Shown here: in pieces, positions 24,704 through 39,100 of the stretch
How positions within the stretch are numbered: position 1 is the stretch's first letter
How the letters are laid out: each line of letters starts with the position of its first letter
Assembly: GCA_021613535.1 (NCBI GenBank)
Contig: CP075496.1
Span: 13,640,001-13,704,000 of the forward strand
Origin: Adineta vaga
Lineage: Eukaryota; Animalia; Rotifera
Direction: 5' to 3'
DNA: 64,000 bases
Notes under the pieces: generated by a model
The model's input: the letters and a program-made list of their open reading frames with translations, nothing else
Database searches by the model: none
Told to the model about the DNA's origin: nothing
Translations under genes and position numbers: made by a program

Positions 24704-25288
24704 ATCAATTGAGTTATTTTTCTCAATGAATCTCAATTTGAAAAAAAACCTTGTTTCTATTATTTGTATGTATATATATATATCGTTGTATATTGTGTTT
24801 CGATTTGATTTTAATAATAAATATTAGCAATTTATTAATTTCATTCGTTGTTCTTGCCAGAGATAATTGGTAAGAGAACTGCTTTGTTGAAATAATTGAT
24901 AAGAATAGAACAGTCTGTTCACTTTTGATTGATTCAATCATTTCTTTTCTTCGCTTCGAGTAAGCATGCATGTTACTAAATTCGCACATACTTTACAGAA
25001 AAATAACTAACCTATAGTAAATGTCTATGATTATTTTAGATGATTCGCTTTTCGAATTAAAAATTACGTAAGTACAAAAATATTACATTAGAATTAATAA
25101 TTTTCTCTGATACAACAGTGATAACCTTCAGTAGATCATTTTTCTTTCGTTCGTTTGATAGCAAACTGAAGAAGAAAAACATCTATTTGATTCGTGTGAG
25201 TAATATATTTTTTTCTTTCTTTCTGCATAATATTTGTTAAACAAGTCGTGTTTTATAAAAACATCGTTTCTTTAGCATATCTTCCAAA

Positions 25289-27492
25289 ATGCCCGGTATA
25301 CGTTTATTTGGTCGTCGATTTAATTTTGCATCTGATGATTTAACTATTCCATGTATAATTGATATTATACTTCGTCTTCCATTATTAGCGACATTTATTA
25401 TCTTTCGTTTGAAAGATGAATCACCTGATTCAAAATGTCCATCATCATTTTATATGGGATATTTTTATCCACTTTTAAGTGTTTATGCTGCGATTATGAT
25501 TCTTGCATTGATTATGCTTTTTACAAGTTTACGAGGAACACCGGTGAAAAATACTCGACCACGTCGTCATATGCCACTAATGATTTATATTCGTTTACTT
25601 CTTGTTTTAATTGATATCAGTATAAATATATTGGGTTTAATTATAATTGTACAAGTTTTTCAAGTTTGTGCATTAATTTTACGTGCAACAATTGTTACAT
25701 CGATTGCATTAAGTTGGACAGTTGCTGCTGCATTATTTATTATCTTAGCATTCTTTTTCGATTTAAGTGGAGTTGTTAGTCCTGAGAAGAAATGGGAAAT
25801 GAGAATAAAATTAATTTTCTGTTGTGGACGAGGCTATGGTAAGTGATGATTTAATGAAAATGCTCTTTTTTTTAGTTATGAAAAACTTCTTTTTCTTTCT
25901 CGAATAGGAGGACAATCATCAGATATAAAAAATATTGTTAAAACATTAAGATATTTAATTGATGATGAAAGATTTGATCTTGTGCCCAGTGATGTTGCAG
26001 CTGGTCTTATACTTTTACAACAAGAAGATGTTCTTGAAGAACGATCAATTGATATTGTAGAATCAGTACCATTAGACTTACTCAAAGAAGGACTTTATTA
26101 TAATTCCTATGCACAATCTGCTTTTGGATGGTAAATATATTTGTTTTGAATGTTGATTAGTTGTCTTTTTTCTTTCGAAGGTTTTCTTTAGCATATCAAT
26201 ATCGATTAACATTTCTTCCACGAATTCTTTTTGCTATGCGATTTAAGTAAGTAATAAAACGATTTCAGACATGAATTCATTATGAATTCATTTAGAACAA
26301 TCGGTTTTTGTTGTGCATGTTGTTTACCATGTTGTCAAAATCAAGCTAGTCTCAACGATCCATGTGGAAGTCAATATAGTACATTAACATATCTTTTACG
26401 GAAACAAAAACCTGTTATTTTATATGCAAATTTTCTCGGTGCACTTCATCGAGGTAGAAGAATATTTTTTTCTCAGAAAAAATAATCTTTTGAAATTTAT
26501 TCTGTCATTTTAGCTCCATTTTATATTGCTGCTGATAATGATAAGAGAAAAATTATTGTATCTATTCGTGGAACATTAAGTGCAACAGATATATTAACTG
26601 ATATTAATGCAATAGAAGATACTTTAGACACGGAATTATTTGGAAGTGGACATTGTCATAGTGGTAAATATTATTGTTTTTTGAACTAATTGAATAAAGA
26701 ATAATATTATGAAATGTTTTTTATTATTATTCATCGATAGGTATGCATACTGCAGCTAATTATATTCGTGATGATATTTCAACACGTTTAATTGATATAT
26801 TTCTTCAATATCCTGATTATGAATTAGTCATCTGTGGTTATTCACTTGGTGCTGGAATTGCTGCAATACTTGCTCTTTTATTAAAACCGACTTATCCTCA
26901 TTTAAAATGTTATGGTATTGCTATGCCTGGTTCTGTTTTATCAGAAAATTTAGCTTTAGCTACCCGTCATTTTATCTACGCATATGTTGTAGATGTTGAT
27001 ATGATTGGTCGTGCATCAATACGTTCATTAGAACATTTACGTGATCGTATTATTGATGCTCTCGATAAATGTAATCGAAATAAAATGAGAGTATTAACAA
27101 TGACACTTGTTGAAACATTGAGGAAACGACGACAAGCATTTCATTCGATGAATAGTCGTACACAAACATTGATTGATGATTCGTTATTACCTTCAAATAC
27201 AATAGAAACGACAAATACTGAAGCAACTGTTACACAAATTGTTCTTACTCGTCGTTCTGGTGAACGGCAACATTTAGTTATGCCAGGTACAATTATTCAT
27301 CTATATTCAACACATCGTGTGGGATTATTTTCACGAAAAATATCATATCGTGCTTGTATGAGCGCATATAATCATTTTTCTCAGCTGATTGTTCACCCAA
27401 GAATGTGGTTGGATCATTTTCCTGCATCATATAATACGGCATTAACAGATGCTATCAACAATTATGATCAAAATTTACAAGATATTAGCTAG
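25289..27492 (+). CDS. DAGL: Diacylglycerol lipase (DAGL alpha/beta family, lipase class 3)
   Basis: MPGIRLFGRRFNFASDD N-terminus, four TM helices, DLVPSDVAAGLILL, IVSIRGTLS..DILTD, CHSGM, GYSLGAG nucleophile elbow, DMIGR, WLDHFP. Confidence 0.9.
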
Positions 27493-28337
27493 TCGTTTGT
27501 TTTATAAGTAGATATTCGTGTATATTTCTCGATATTTTACTATTGTTTATATGAATAAATGAGCAACAACTCAAATAAAATTTGAAATAGTTTTCATTTT
27601 CACAATGACGAGATGAATAGTTTTGAAAATTTTCTTCTTTCTTTGTTTATTTTGTAATAAACATCAATAAGATCAAAAATCTTGTCTATTGAGTTTTTGT
27701 TCACGTGCACGATCGTATAGTTCGTCTAGAATGGGACATGTGTAGCGACTGAAAAGACAGGTAGAAAAAAATATACTAGATGCTTTATAATCACCTGTCT
27801 ATAAACATCAATGAAGGCAGCTATGAAGCGAGAAGTGAAATTGACCGATTATATTGAACTTAGAAAGAGAACGATATCTAAATAGCAAAATACAAAGCTA
27901 GAACGGAAAAGGTTATAACTGGCAGAAAAGCATATAAGTGATGAATGAACATTGAAGATAGTATGATGCGAAGTATAGATGAAAAGTAAATAAGAACCAA
28001 TCATACATTCATATCTTCATACCTAATATGCATTGATCAATAGTGATAACCTCATTATCAAGATTTTTTAGCATCACAATTCTTAGATATTCTGTTATTC
28101 ATATAAGAGTATTTTTATGTCGAAAGATTGAGTGTTTGAATTAGAAAACAATAATGTATTAATCTTGCGTCAATGTAATTTTATTCGTTAATTCAAACAT
28201 ATTTCATTATTTCAAATGAATAAAGTCAATAACTATTTAAAAACTGATCCACATATATAGAAATACGTCAAACGTTCGTTTTTTTAACAAAATTTGATAA
28301 CAAAAACCATAGTAAACGTGCTTCGTTGAAATAAATT

Positions 28338-31300
28338 TCAATTGTCACTTTCCGATATTGAATTGAAAGCATGAATAGTAAAACCAAATGGTAATTCACT
28401 AACACGTTCACCCTTCAATTTAATACATAAAATACCTTGTTGTGTTGGGATTCGAACAGTACGATTTGAACCAGCTGGTGCATTACTGATATTCGCTGTT
28501 GATGAAAAACCAGCTACAGCAAAACCTTTACGTTCAGCTGCAGGAATTTCAGATGTAAAACAATATTTAAATTTGCCTTTTTTATCAAGAATTGATGCAA
28601 GATTTTGTTCACAATCAAGAATAATTACATCGGTATTGGGTAAAACAGCAACACTGCATGATGGTTTAAGAAGTCGACGAACACGTCGTGATAATTTATT
28701 ACTTTGATCATATATATTACCAATGCCTTCCGACGAAGGAGCTGGAGGTGCAGATGATGATGTTGCTAAAGCTGTAGGTGAAAGTGAACCATTTTCTTCT
28801 GCTGGTAATGATGATCGTGGAGCGGCACCATTTTCAAAAGTAAATTCATTCGTAGGTGGAGTTTCATCCACTGTCTATAAATATACAATCGCACGATATT
28901 CTCTACAAAAACTATATGAGAAAGGTAATGTATTCAAACCTGTATAGATTGTGTTGTGGTTGTGACATCATCTGTTTGAATAGCTATGGAGACAAATGTT
29001 TTGATAGGTTCTGGATTAGCAATTGTTTTATCAGCATTGATATCGATTTCTTTCTTTTGTTCTTCTTCCTCATGTTCTTTTGTATCACCTTCTTCTTCTT
29101 CTTCTTCTCGTTCTTCCTGATTCTCTTCTTCTTCTTCTTCTTCTCCTTCTACTTCTTCCTCATCATCTTCTTCAATTTCACCTTCACGTTCATCATCATC
29201 TACTGGTGTCATTTCACATATTTTCAATGTTCCTAAATGTAACTGTCCCGGTTGAAAATCTAATCTCATACAAATATTTTCCGGTAATGGATCAAGTTCA
29301 ACTGCATCAAGTTCACGGAATTTTTCCACCAATTGTTTTTTAACTAATAACAATTCAATATCTTTTCCATGTATAACAAGTTCTGTTAATGAACATGTAT
29401 TTTTAATTTGTTCAAAATATTCATCCAATTCTTCTCGACGTTTAATAAATTCATTTGTTTCTTCACCATATAATTCCGATATTTGCTGAACAAGTTCTTG
29501 TTCTTTGATACGTAAGGATTTTTCAAATGTACTTGCTAATGCATGAATACTTGCTTCGATTTGTGCAATATTTGCATCACATCGACGAATAACATTTAAA
29601 TAAACTTCCAATTCGTTCATACGAACTTTACAACCATCAAGACATTCATTAATATATGATTTATGATGAGCAGCAGCTGTACGAAAATCAGCTAGATCAT
29701 GATCACGATGATCAACATAAGTACAAGCAATACAAATACATGTTTCACATTGTTCACAATAATATCGAACAAATTCTGATGAATGATGCTTGAATAAAAA
29801 AAAAACATATGAATTAAATATAAAAAAAAGAAATCTTTTGTTCTTTACTTTGCATAAAATATCTTTTTCAATTTCTAATTCATATATTGAATGATCACGT
29901 GTAACAGTGATAGTTTGATGAGCTTGAACACAACTACGACAAAGAAATTTTTGACATTCAAGACACCGTGATGTTGCTTCACTTTCACGATCATGAACTG
30001 TTTTACAAATTTCGCAATTCGTTAGAACTTTTATTGAACTTGTCGAATTGGGATTCTTTTGTGAGATCATTTCGGATAAACCAGCTATAAGAAAGTTGTC
30101 GGGCAATTTGTGAACACCACCCGCTGGAATTGCCGTCTTCTTTCGACAGATTGGACATGCAAATTCACGATAATCAGTATATTTATAGGATCTAAATAGA
30201 TTTTGTTTCTCGAAATAATATGTACAAACAATTAATAAGTTTATTGAAAAAAAAAATTAAAATCTGAGATTTACTTATTAAGAGAATCGAACTCTTAATG
30301 TTTTCTTTATCCATCCGATCAGTATGAATTATGTATGTTGAGATTTCTATATAGACAGATGAATAGAACAGCAAACAGTATCTTTCCTTTAATGATAGAA
30401 GTATTGTTATCAACACAAGTCTCTTCAAGAGATAAGTGATGATTTTTCAACTCAGTCAAGTAAACAATCGACTAAACTACATGATGATCAAGTATTATAA
30501 ACAATGGAAACTGATCTAACAATCATTTGTGAGATATTCATTCGGGATGTAATTTTGTCTATATCCTTTCTGATTTCGAAACGTGAAAAATTTACCTTTG
30601 AGCAGAAACATGATTTTCAATACATTGTTCACAAAATGTATGTAAACAAGTTAAACATTTTGGATCTTTGAATGGTTCCTTCAATACAAAAGAAAGAGAG
30701 AGAGAGAGAGAGATTGCGTAAAAGAATAGTTTTCTATTGAATTTCAATGACATACCAAACAGATTTTACATGTTAAATATTGATCATTAATTTTTTCAGC
30801 TAAACGAAGTACTTGTTGTGACATATTTTCTGAAAGAGCTGGTGTTGTTCTTGTCGATGAATTTCGTGTTACTGTTACTTCTGGTAGAGATAAATGTTCC
30901 GTATCGTCCGTTTTTGTATTGATTAAATTTCTAAATAGATCATTAAGAAATATTTATTTTTTAATACTCATCATCTTCCTATCCTTTTGCTCTCTCATCA
31001 TTATCGACATGGCGTTCTTTTACTTAAGCAATGATGATTTGCTCGTTTCTGTTTGTTAAGATGTACTAGAGAGAAAGAATACGCGTATTTCTTATTTATT
31101 TGACATATGATGAGATAGGGTGTACAATGATGTGCGTATGTTGTTATTAGAAATCGTTAGTAATCATTTGGTGAGTTGGCGACGAATCGAACAGCTAGAT
31201 ATAGAATAATACTCTCGTGAAATTTGTACAATAGAATGAGAGCAACAGAGATCTTCTCTTACAGAAAATACAAACAAACAAACATTTGCAAGGTTATTTG

Positions 31301-33097
31301 ATCTGTAAGATGAAGGTGAAAAAAGAGAAGTGGTTTCTTGCGGTGATCATAGAAATCAATAATAAGAAGAAAAAAAACTCTTTAATATATATTTATCTCA
31401 TTATTCGAAGAAATAATCTTATTTGTTAAATCAACTGAAAATATCTTCTTTTCTCATTATGATTCCATTAGATAAATATAGGATTAATCTTCACTTACTG
31501 ATCATTAGATGAATCATTGTTCGAAGTTATCGATGATATTACACTTAAGTCACTTGCAGATGCTCGATCATCTTTCGATTGTGCAACATTTAACAATGTA
31601 TTTTCTGCAAATGACCATCGATCGACTTTCTGTTTAGAATGGGCCATCTTCAAATGTTAGATTTTCTCTTCTCGACTATTACTATCTTCTATATTCTATG
31701 TTTGATAATATAGGCATATCTTTACGATATGTATACGACGCATATATATATATATATATATATTTTTTTCTCTATATTTGCTTACGTACAACCAATGCAC
31801 ATACATACAATTTGAGATGACAGATTTTGTCATCATATTCCATCGTCTAACTAGTGGATAGAAAGAAAAATACGCACCCACACTCGTGGGAGTTGGGGAT
31901 AATCAAGAAAAAGAAAATGAACTGAATGTTATATACAATTCTGTACAACTAAGATGAAAAGAACTTAATAAAATCTCTTGAGAATTGTTGAGTCCAATCT
32001 ATTTATGTCTAAGATCAAATATAGATATTATGATGTTACAAATGTACTTTGAATGAGAAAGGTCTTTCAGTTTAATTAAGAATACTTAATAAAACGAGTG
32101 CATTGATTAATAGAATCGTTTTTTATTATTATTATTGTATAGATCTATTGCATGCGAGATGAGAGGAATATCTATTAAGAAGTTATTCATGTATGAGTAA
32201 GAATATCATCCACGTGATGGTAGAATTGTTTATTTCTGTCAAATACATAGATTCGCATGAATGAAACAAAGAAAATATTATCCTAATCCAATTATTTTCC
32301 TAATAATATAGACTTCTAGTTTTGAGAATCATCTCAATTGAATTATACTTTAAAATTAATCATCTTATGAAATTCATATTGAAGTTTTGCTTTCTATCTT
32401 ACAGATATATCACTCATTACGAACAGATTAGTATGACATATGGATTATGTGAGTTTTACATTTTAGGATAAAAATAACTGTGCTAACAAGTTCTTTGGAA
32501 TTATTTATGAGTAATCAAATCTTGGTTAGTTATAATGAAACCATGAACGAGAAGATTACTCTATAAAATTAAAACTAGAGTAGATCTTGAAAAGAAAACA
32601 TGATGAATTTGACAAACATCCGATTATTTAATGTAGACATCTTACACTCAATCGACAAAGAAACCCGATTCGAACGGTAATTATTAATTATCTATAAAAG
32701 TACACTAATAGAATATTCTAAATTTCTATTTACAAGGAATCTAATGTCTATATTTTCAAAAAAAAAAAGAAATTCATTCAAGAACATTAAATAGAAGACT
32801 AAACATGTAAATTTACACTAATCATAACCTTTTTTTTGTTCGTTTTTCATCTATTTTCTTTGATTATATAGAACAGATGGATAAAATAATATGATAATTT
32901 TTTCCATTCACTTACCTGTCACTCATTACAATTGTTTGTTCAGTATCTGGAAGTCCTAAAGTAGAATCGATCTTATTGGTTATAATTGTGAGATCTTTAA
33001 CGGGGGATAATCGAGAAAATGTATGAGTTGTTGATGAAAGATTTTCGTCACAAGTCGTGAGCGATATACAACTTGTGAGCTTGCGCAGCACGTGCAT
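28338..33097 (-). CDS. TRIM protein (RING-Bbox-Bbox-coiled coil; TRIM2/3/56-like) with acidic tract and NHL-like remnant; two alternative first exons
   Basis: RING LTCKICLEPFKDPKCLTCLHTFCEQC...CPICR; B-boxes CEIC..CLECQKFLC..C..AH and C.HH....YYCEQCETCIC..C...DH..H; coiled coil; Glu-rich run. First exons 31499-31647 and 32916-33097 are both phase 2 into exon 30736-30930. Confidence 0.88.
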
Positions 33098-36000
33098 TAT
33101 ACATATGCATCGTTGATATCAACTGGCAAATATTGTGATACACACACTGAGAAGGAGAAAAAAGAAACTCAAAGAAAAGAAGAAGAACAACAACAACAAA
33201 AAAGTGCCGAATCATAATCTATCATCAATCATATAACTCTCGATACCTAATCAATATAGGGAGAAAAAAAACCATATGAAGGTTAGGGATAGAATACGGA
33301 GATGATGCTTCTGTATTCATTTATTTGTTCATTAGCTCGACTATGATCGACAAACACATGTATTCATCTTTTATCTTCTGCCAATGTTGTTACATCATTT
33401 ACAAGTAATTATTCAGTTCGATGGATAAATCAAAGAAATACTTTCTGGATCTATCGAATGATGTGTTTACCTAGTTCTTTCTTTTTTTCAACAAATATTG
33501 TTTATTTACCAACTGGAAGATATTCAACTTACCAAGTGACATAAATAATCTTCGTAATAGATTTTCTCTTTAGGTTTTAGTTGATTGAAAGGAATCCGTT
33601 TGGATTATTGTTCGTTATAGTTGACTCTTCTACTACTCCACGGATGGGTCAAAAAACGGCACATTGAGGTTTTTCTTTCTTTCTGCCTCGATATCGACTT
33701 GTACAATATACTCGACGGAGAAAACACACAGAAGCCGAGTAGAAAAGAAAAAGGAGGAGAATATACATTATTGTTCACAGCTACTCTTAGACACATATAT
33801 ACAGATGGAAGAAAGCAAAAGGACAAGAACGAAAGACAGATAAATGAATAATCATTTCTGGAATGGTATGTACAAAAAAAAACTTTTTTTTCTTCTTTTT
33901 CTTCATATTGTTTATTAGAAAGCATCCAAACAGAAGAGAATACATTATCTCTTTACTATCGACGTCAAGACTTGCATTCTGTTCTATTTGGATGAAATTA
34001 CGATGCATATTATGAGTTTTTTTTTCTCCATAGCTAGCTGATGACACATATACTAATCAATTCTTGTCCGCCTCGTGATACCTAAGAAAAAATGCAATTA
34101 AACAAATCAAAAATCTGAAAGAGATTTCTTTGTATAAAGAATAAAACCTAAATCATTGAATTATTATTCATCTATCATCTGATATATTTTGAATGACATT
34201 TCCGTTCATGACTTTTCTCATAATTATGGTACTTGCACTTAATATTTCTCTTGTTTTACAAAGTTCATTTGATTAAATGAACCTTTTATCTAATAAAAAA
34301 ACAAAGAACTGAATGAAATCGTCTTTTAGATTAAATCAAAATAATTAAATGTATTCAATCAGAAATTTCTTTTCGTAAAATTCTATTTCCTTCAACCTCC
34401 GTTGAAATCATCTTGTTTTTATGCTGATTTGACATTAACGTTTCGAACTATTCGACAAAACCTTGAACAAAACAATTTCCGTTGTAATTTACATTTTTTT
34501 TGTTCTTTTAATCTAGAAAGTTTTTCAATAATAATATTAGTATTTTACTCAGATTGTCTTTTTTTTATATATTATCATGATCTAAATCATATTTGAGGTG
34601 TGATAAACACGTAATAGAAAATGTTAATATTATATTATTCTTTCTGGCGTTCTCTACTGTTGTTTTTCGACTGTTAATGACAAGACTAGTCAGACTGAAG
34701 ATTCTATTGAGAAAATGAGGAAAACCCGAGAGAGAGAGAGAAAAGGTTTGCGTTTTCTCTCTACCATTTACAAAGTGAAAATGAAGGAATATATGTTTGT
34801 TAATTTGATTGTTTGCTTTTATTGTTTTTTCCTTTCTCTCTTTTTCCATTGTATAATCACAATTATTAGTGCAATTGCAATTGAAATATTTCCGTATATA
34901 TACTCGTCTATGTGTAAAACAAAACATACTTCATAGAAAATACAAAAGGTAACTAATATATTTGAAACGAATGAAAATAATTAAGAGTCAAAAGGTATAT
35001 AATTGATATCATGTATCCTAAAAACAAAACATATTGAATTTCAATTTTAGATTTAAAGATCATATGAAACTATTAATAATGTAATTATCTTTGATTTTTT
35101 TAGACATTGTTTAGATGTATTTTGAATGATTTATTCGAATTGATAAATATTTTTTATTTTATTTTGTTGATCGATGACAGATAGACGTGACTATTCATAA
35201 ACTAACTTTATTGCTTTTTTACATATAGAATTTCTTGCTTCTTCTTCCTCTTTTTTTTTGTCTATATCTATCATTCAAATATATGAAATACTCTGGTTGA
35301 CAGCTTCCAAATAACCCTTGTGTACTTTTTTCCTTTATTATAATATTTGAAAAGCTTTTTTCCAGATCAGTTATGTTCGATTTCATTTGCTCAGTGCATC
35401 GATTGATTATCTAATGGTAGCAATATGATTCCTAGGGAATTTTTATAGATTTTATCGGAATATTAGTTGGATATAAAGAGTTTCGTTGTATTTACGTCGT
35501 TTAAGTTAAAACTATTCTTTCAGTAGTCTTAAAAGCAATTTCCTGTTTTTGAAGAAAACGAACAAAGGATAACTGATGTTCTAATTATCGCATAACACTT
35601 ATCTTTAGTTAAGTATTCATACGAAAACGAAGTATAGTCTCAATCAATATTATTGTAAGTTCGTCGCTATTTTCTCTTTGTCGAAACTATTTATTGATTA
35701 AAAAGTACAAAAGAGAAACAGAGAGAGAGAGAAAGAGGGTCGTTTGTGAAGAAATGATTAAGATGCTTGTTGATTAGAAGTCACGCATATGGGATCATAA
35801 AATATACATGACATATATTTGTAATTAAAGAAGATTGAGAAAGAGAGAAAGACAGAAGAGTCTTTTTTCTCCTTCTTTCATATAGGCTTTCGCACATTTT
35901 TTGTTTCATCTTCGATGAAATTTTTGCATAAAAGAGTATATTCATATTTTTCTTGCGTGATAGAAAACCAACGACGTCAACAATGATGGCAGTGCGATTG

Positions 36001-36186
36001 AAAAGACACAGACACTCATTTACTTACTCAGACATTTACTTTCTTTCGCATCAAAATACATCATCTAGTCACTCACTCTATTAGTATTCCAGCAAACAAA
36101 ATTTCAAGAACAACATGTTAATATCTTCGTGCTTATACATGCTGAATAATATTCATTAACACATTAAATAGTATTAAACGATTGAA

Positions 36187-39100
36187 ATGGTAAGTAAAAA
36201 AAGAAGATCTGTTTATGTTTTTATAAATATATATTTATCTACTTTCTATTTCTCTTGATTATTTGTTTAATGATTAGACAAAGAAGAAAACATAGCGAAT
36301 CTCATGAGAGTTTAATCAACATTTGTTCAGTTTTTTTTCTTCTTCGCTTTATCGTTATTACCATTCAGAATAGTTCTTTTTTCTTCCGTTTGTTTTTTTC
36401 TATTAAGCATTATAATTACACAGCAGTTGTTTCTGTTTTTTAAAGAATTTTAATTGTGTCTTACACATTATTATAATGATAGATCGTTGAACGTCAACTT
36501 GGCGTGCAAACCTTGATACACGAAATAAGCATCGTACTTTTTCTTTCAAAACATACAATTGAAAAAACATAAAGTAGTATAGGCAATGTTCGATAAGGAC
36601 TTGTATTTATCTCGACATTTAACGAGTCATGGCCTTTTGTTAATCACATTTGTTGTTCTTATTTCTTGTGAACGATGTGGATATAGAAGACGAAGAAGAA
36701 GAAGAAAAAAAAAGGGAGAAAATTCATTGCTTATATTCCTACTCTGAGGAATACAATAGAATATGAAAGAAGAGAGAAAGAGAAGCAAGGTGTCTGAGTT
36801 TTTTCTTCTTCTTATTTCTTTTGATAATATTTTTCTGAGGCAATATTGAACATTTGTTAATCAAACATCAATATCATTGTTCAAAAACTAATCTTACATA
36901 GAAATAGATTTATCTCCTGACGTGTAAATAACATTTTTTAGATAAAGAGTTTAATTCCAGGTGATAATTATTTCAAAAAAGAATAATGAACATATATGTT
37001 ATTAACCATTAGTTTAAATCTTGAAATGTACATGATCATTCCAAAATGAAAGTAAGTATGAACGAGAAATCATTGGAATAAGATATCTACTCATGTTAAT
37101 TAGTTTTCCTTTTTTTTCCATGTTGTACTCGACAGATGACATGAATATTTAGTTTGATGTTGAAGAATGATCATCTTTGTTGCCTTTCTTTTTTGTTCCT
37201 TCGGCAAAGGTTGAAAGTCATATTTCATATAGAAATATTTCTATTTAGAGTCCACGTACACAATTAAATCACAGAAGTCTGGCATTCATCGTTCTTATAA
37301 CAGGAATTCTCGGCGGTCTTTTGATTGTTTTTTCGATTTTATTATTATGCAAATATTGTTTAAATCGAAGAAGTTTAAGGTAATTTATTGAAATCGATTG
37401 ATTTTTGAATTGACGATCTATTTGCTTTGGATTTTGTTTTTCTCTAGAGAAGCCGAGCAAATGAAGCTTCTCTACGAAACTTTAAATCAAGCTTCATTAA
37501 TCGATGCAAATCGATTATATAAGGGTGCATTTCGTGAATCATCACCACTTGAACCACGTCGATCGAATCCACTTGATCGATATCTTTTGCAAGAGTATGT
37601 TAATCATTAATAAATAAATAAAATTTCATTAAGTTTTTTAATTAGAAATCAATGGCAAATACCAAGTTCAAAACAAATTCCATCTGATTATCATTTGTCT
37701 GGAGGTCAAACGACACATAATCAATCTTATCATAGTAGTCGAGAATATCTTGGTAGGTGTGAATAGAGCATTTTGATTAATTAGTCACGTAGACTGTCGC
37801 ACGAATGTCAGTTCATTTCTTTTTCTATCGGCAATAAAAAAAACGGGGGCGAATAGGACTAGTAGTTTCCTGTTGATAGAATACCGAACCTGACTTTTTT
37901 TTCTAATATGAAGAAGAATTTCCCTATTGAACGATAACTATTGATTAATAATGGATTCTTTCTTTTTGAAATTTTAGGTAACAAGTCTTATGAATCGTAA
38001 GTATCATCGAATGATTAAGTTTAATTGTCTTTTTTGAAATTTTATTTCTGTTTATTATTTAGAAATATTGTTATTGATGATGAACAAGCTTATTTACAAG
38101 TTGATCCACGTTGTTATGTTCGACAAAATTCGAATATTAATTTATTAGCACAAAGAAAATCAGATACACCACGTCTTGAAAAAGGTCATTCGCTTAATGT
38201 AGATACTCGCCCATCACCATCATCAACTTCCTTATCACCTTATCGTCAGAGTAGTTTTGATGTTACTTTAGCTTATCGTTCTCAACAACATCCTTCAACA
38301 CCAACATCTCTAGCATCAACACAACCAGATATATATTATACACCACGTGGATCAAGTCTTTCCGTTGTTGGTAATCCGCTATCTAATACACCAACAAGTT
38401 CTCAACATTTATCACCACTTACGCCAACAGCAAGTCGAAAAAATTCTATTGCACTTATCATAGAAAAGAAAGATCTTACAGCGACACTTGATACATTTGG
38501 TAAAGAACAAAATTCTAAATTGAATTTTTTTATTCTTTTATTTTTCTAGGAAATCAACCATCAACAGTTCGTTCATCTGTTGTACAACGAGAACATGAAC
38601 ATTCTCGATCATTGGAATATTCTTCACCACCAGTGCAACAACATTCTCCAACAAATTGTTCAGCAAACGATAAACAATCTCGTAGTTTTGATGCTGTCCA
38701 TCTTCTACGACCTGGTGTAAATCGATCCGATGTAGTTAATCGACGAACGAAATCTTACGAATGTGCTGATGATCGTCGTCCATCAACATCATCAATTGCA
38801 CCAGCACCAATTGTAATTAAGATTCCAGATATGACTGAACTTGTTCATGCTGCTAAATTATCTTGTATACAAAGTCGACGTGAAAGCACGAATATGGTAT
38901 TTAGATAGTCTTTTCTTTTCCATCTTTAAATGGAAAATTTTGTCTGTTTAGGAAGACTATCAAAATAATAAAGGTCGAAAAGAAACTCTCGTTCAACAAT
39001 TTAGTAACAATGATCATGAAAATGATGTTGAAGCAGCAGCTTGTACAGCATCTAAAGATCTTTGGCGTTTACGACAATCTTATGAACTTGAAGAACAACA

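Noticed and set aside
26836-26853. GYSLG instead of GHSLG in DAG lipase
   Set aside because: GxSxG is intact and the Asp and His triad motifs are present; not evidence of inactivation.
28723-29343. Plus-strand ORFs rich in Phe/Leu
   Set aside because: Shadow frames of the Glu-rich TRIM exons on the minus strand.
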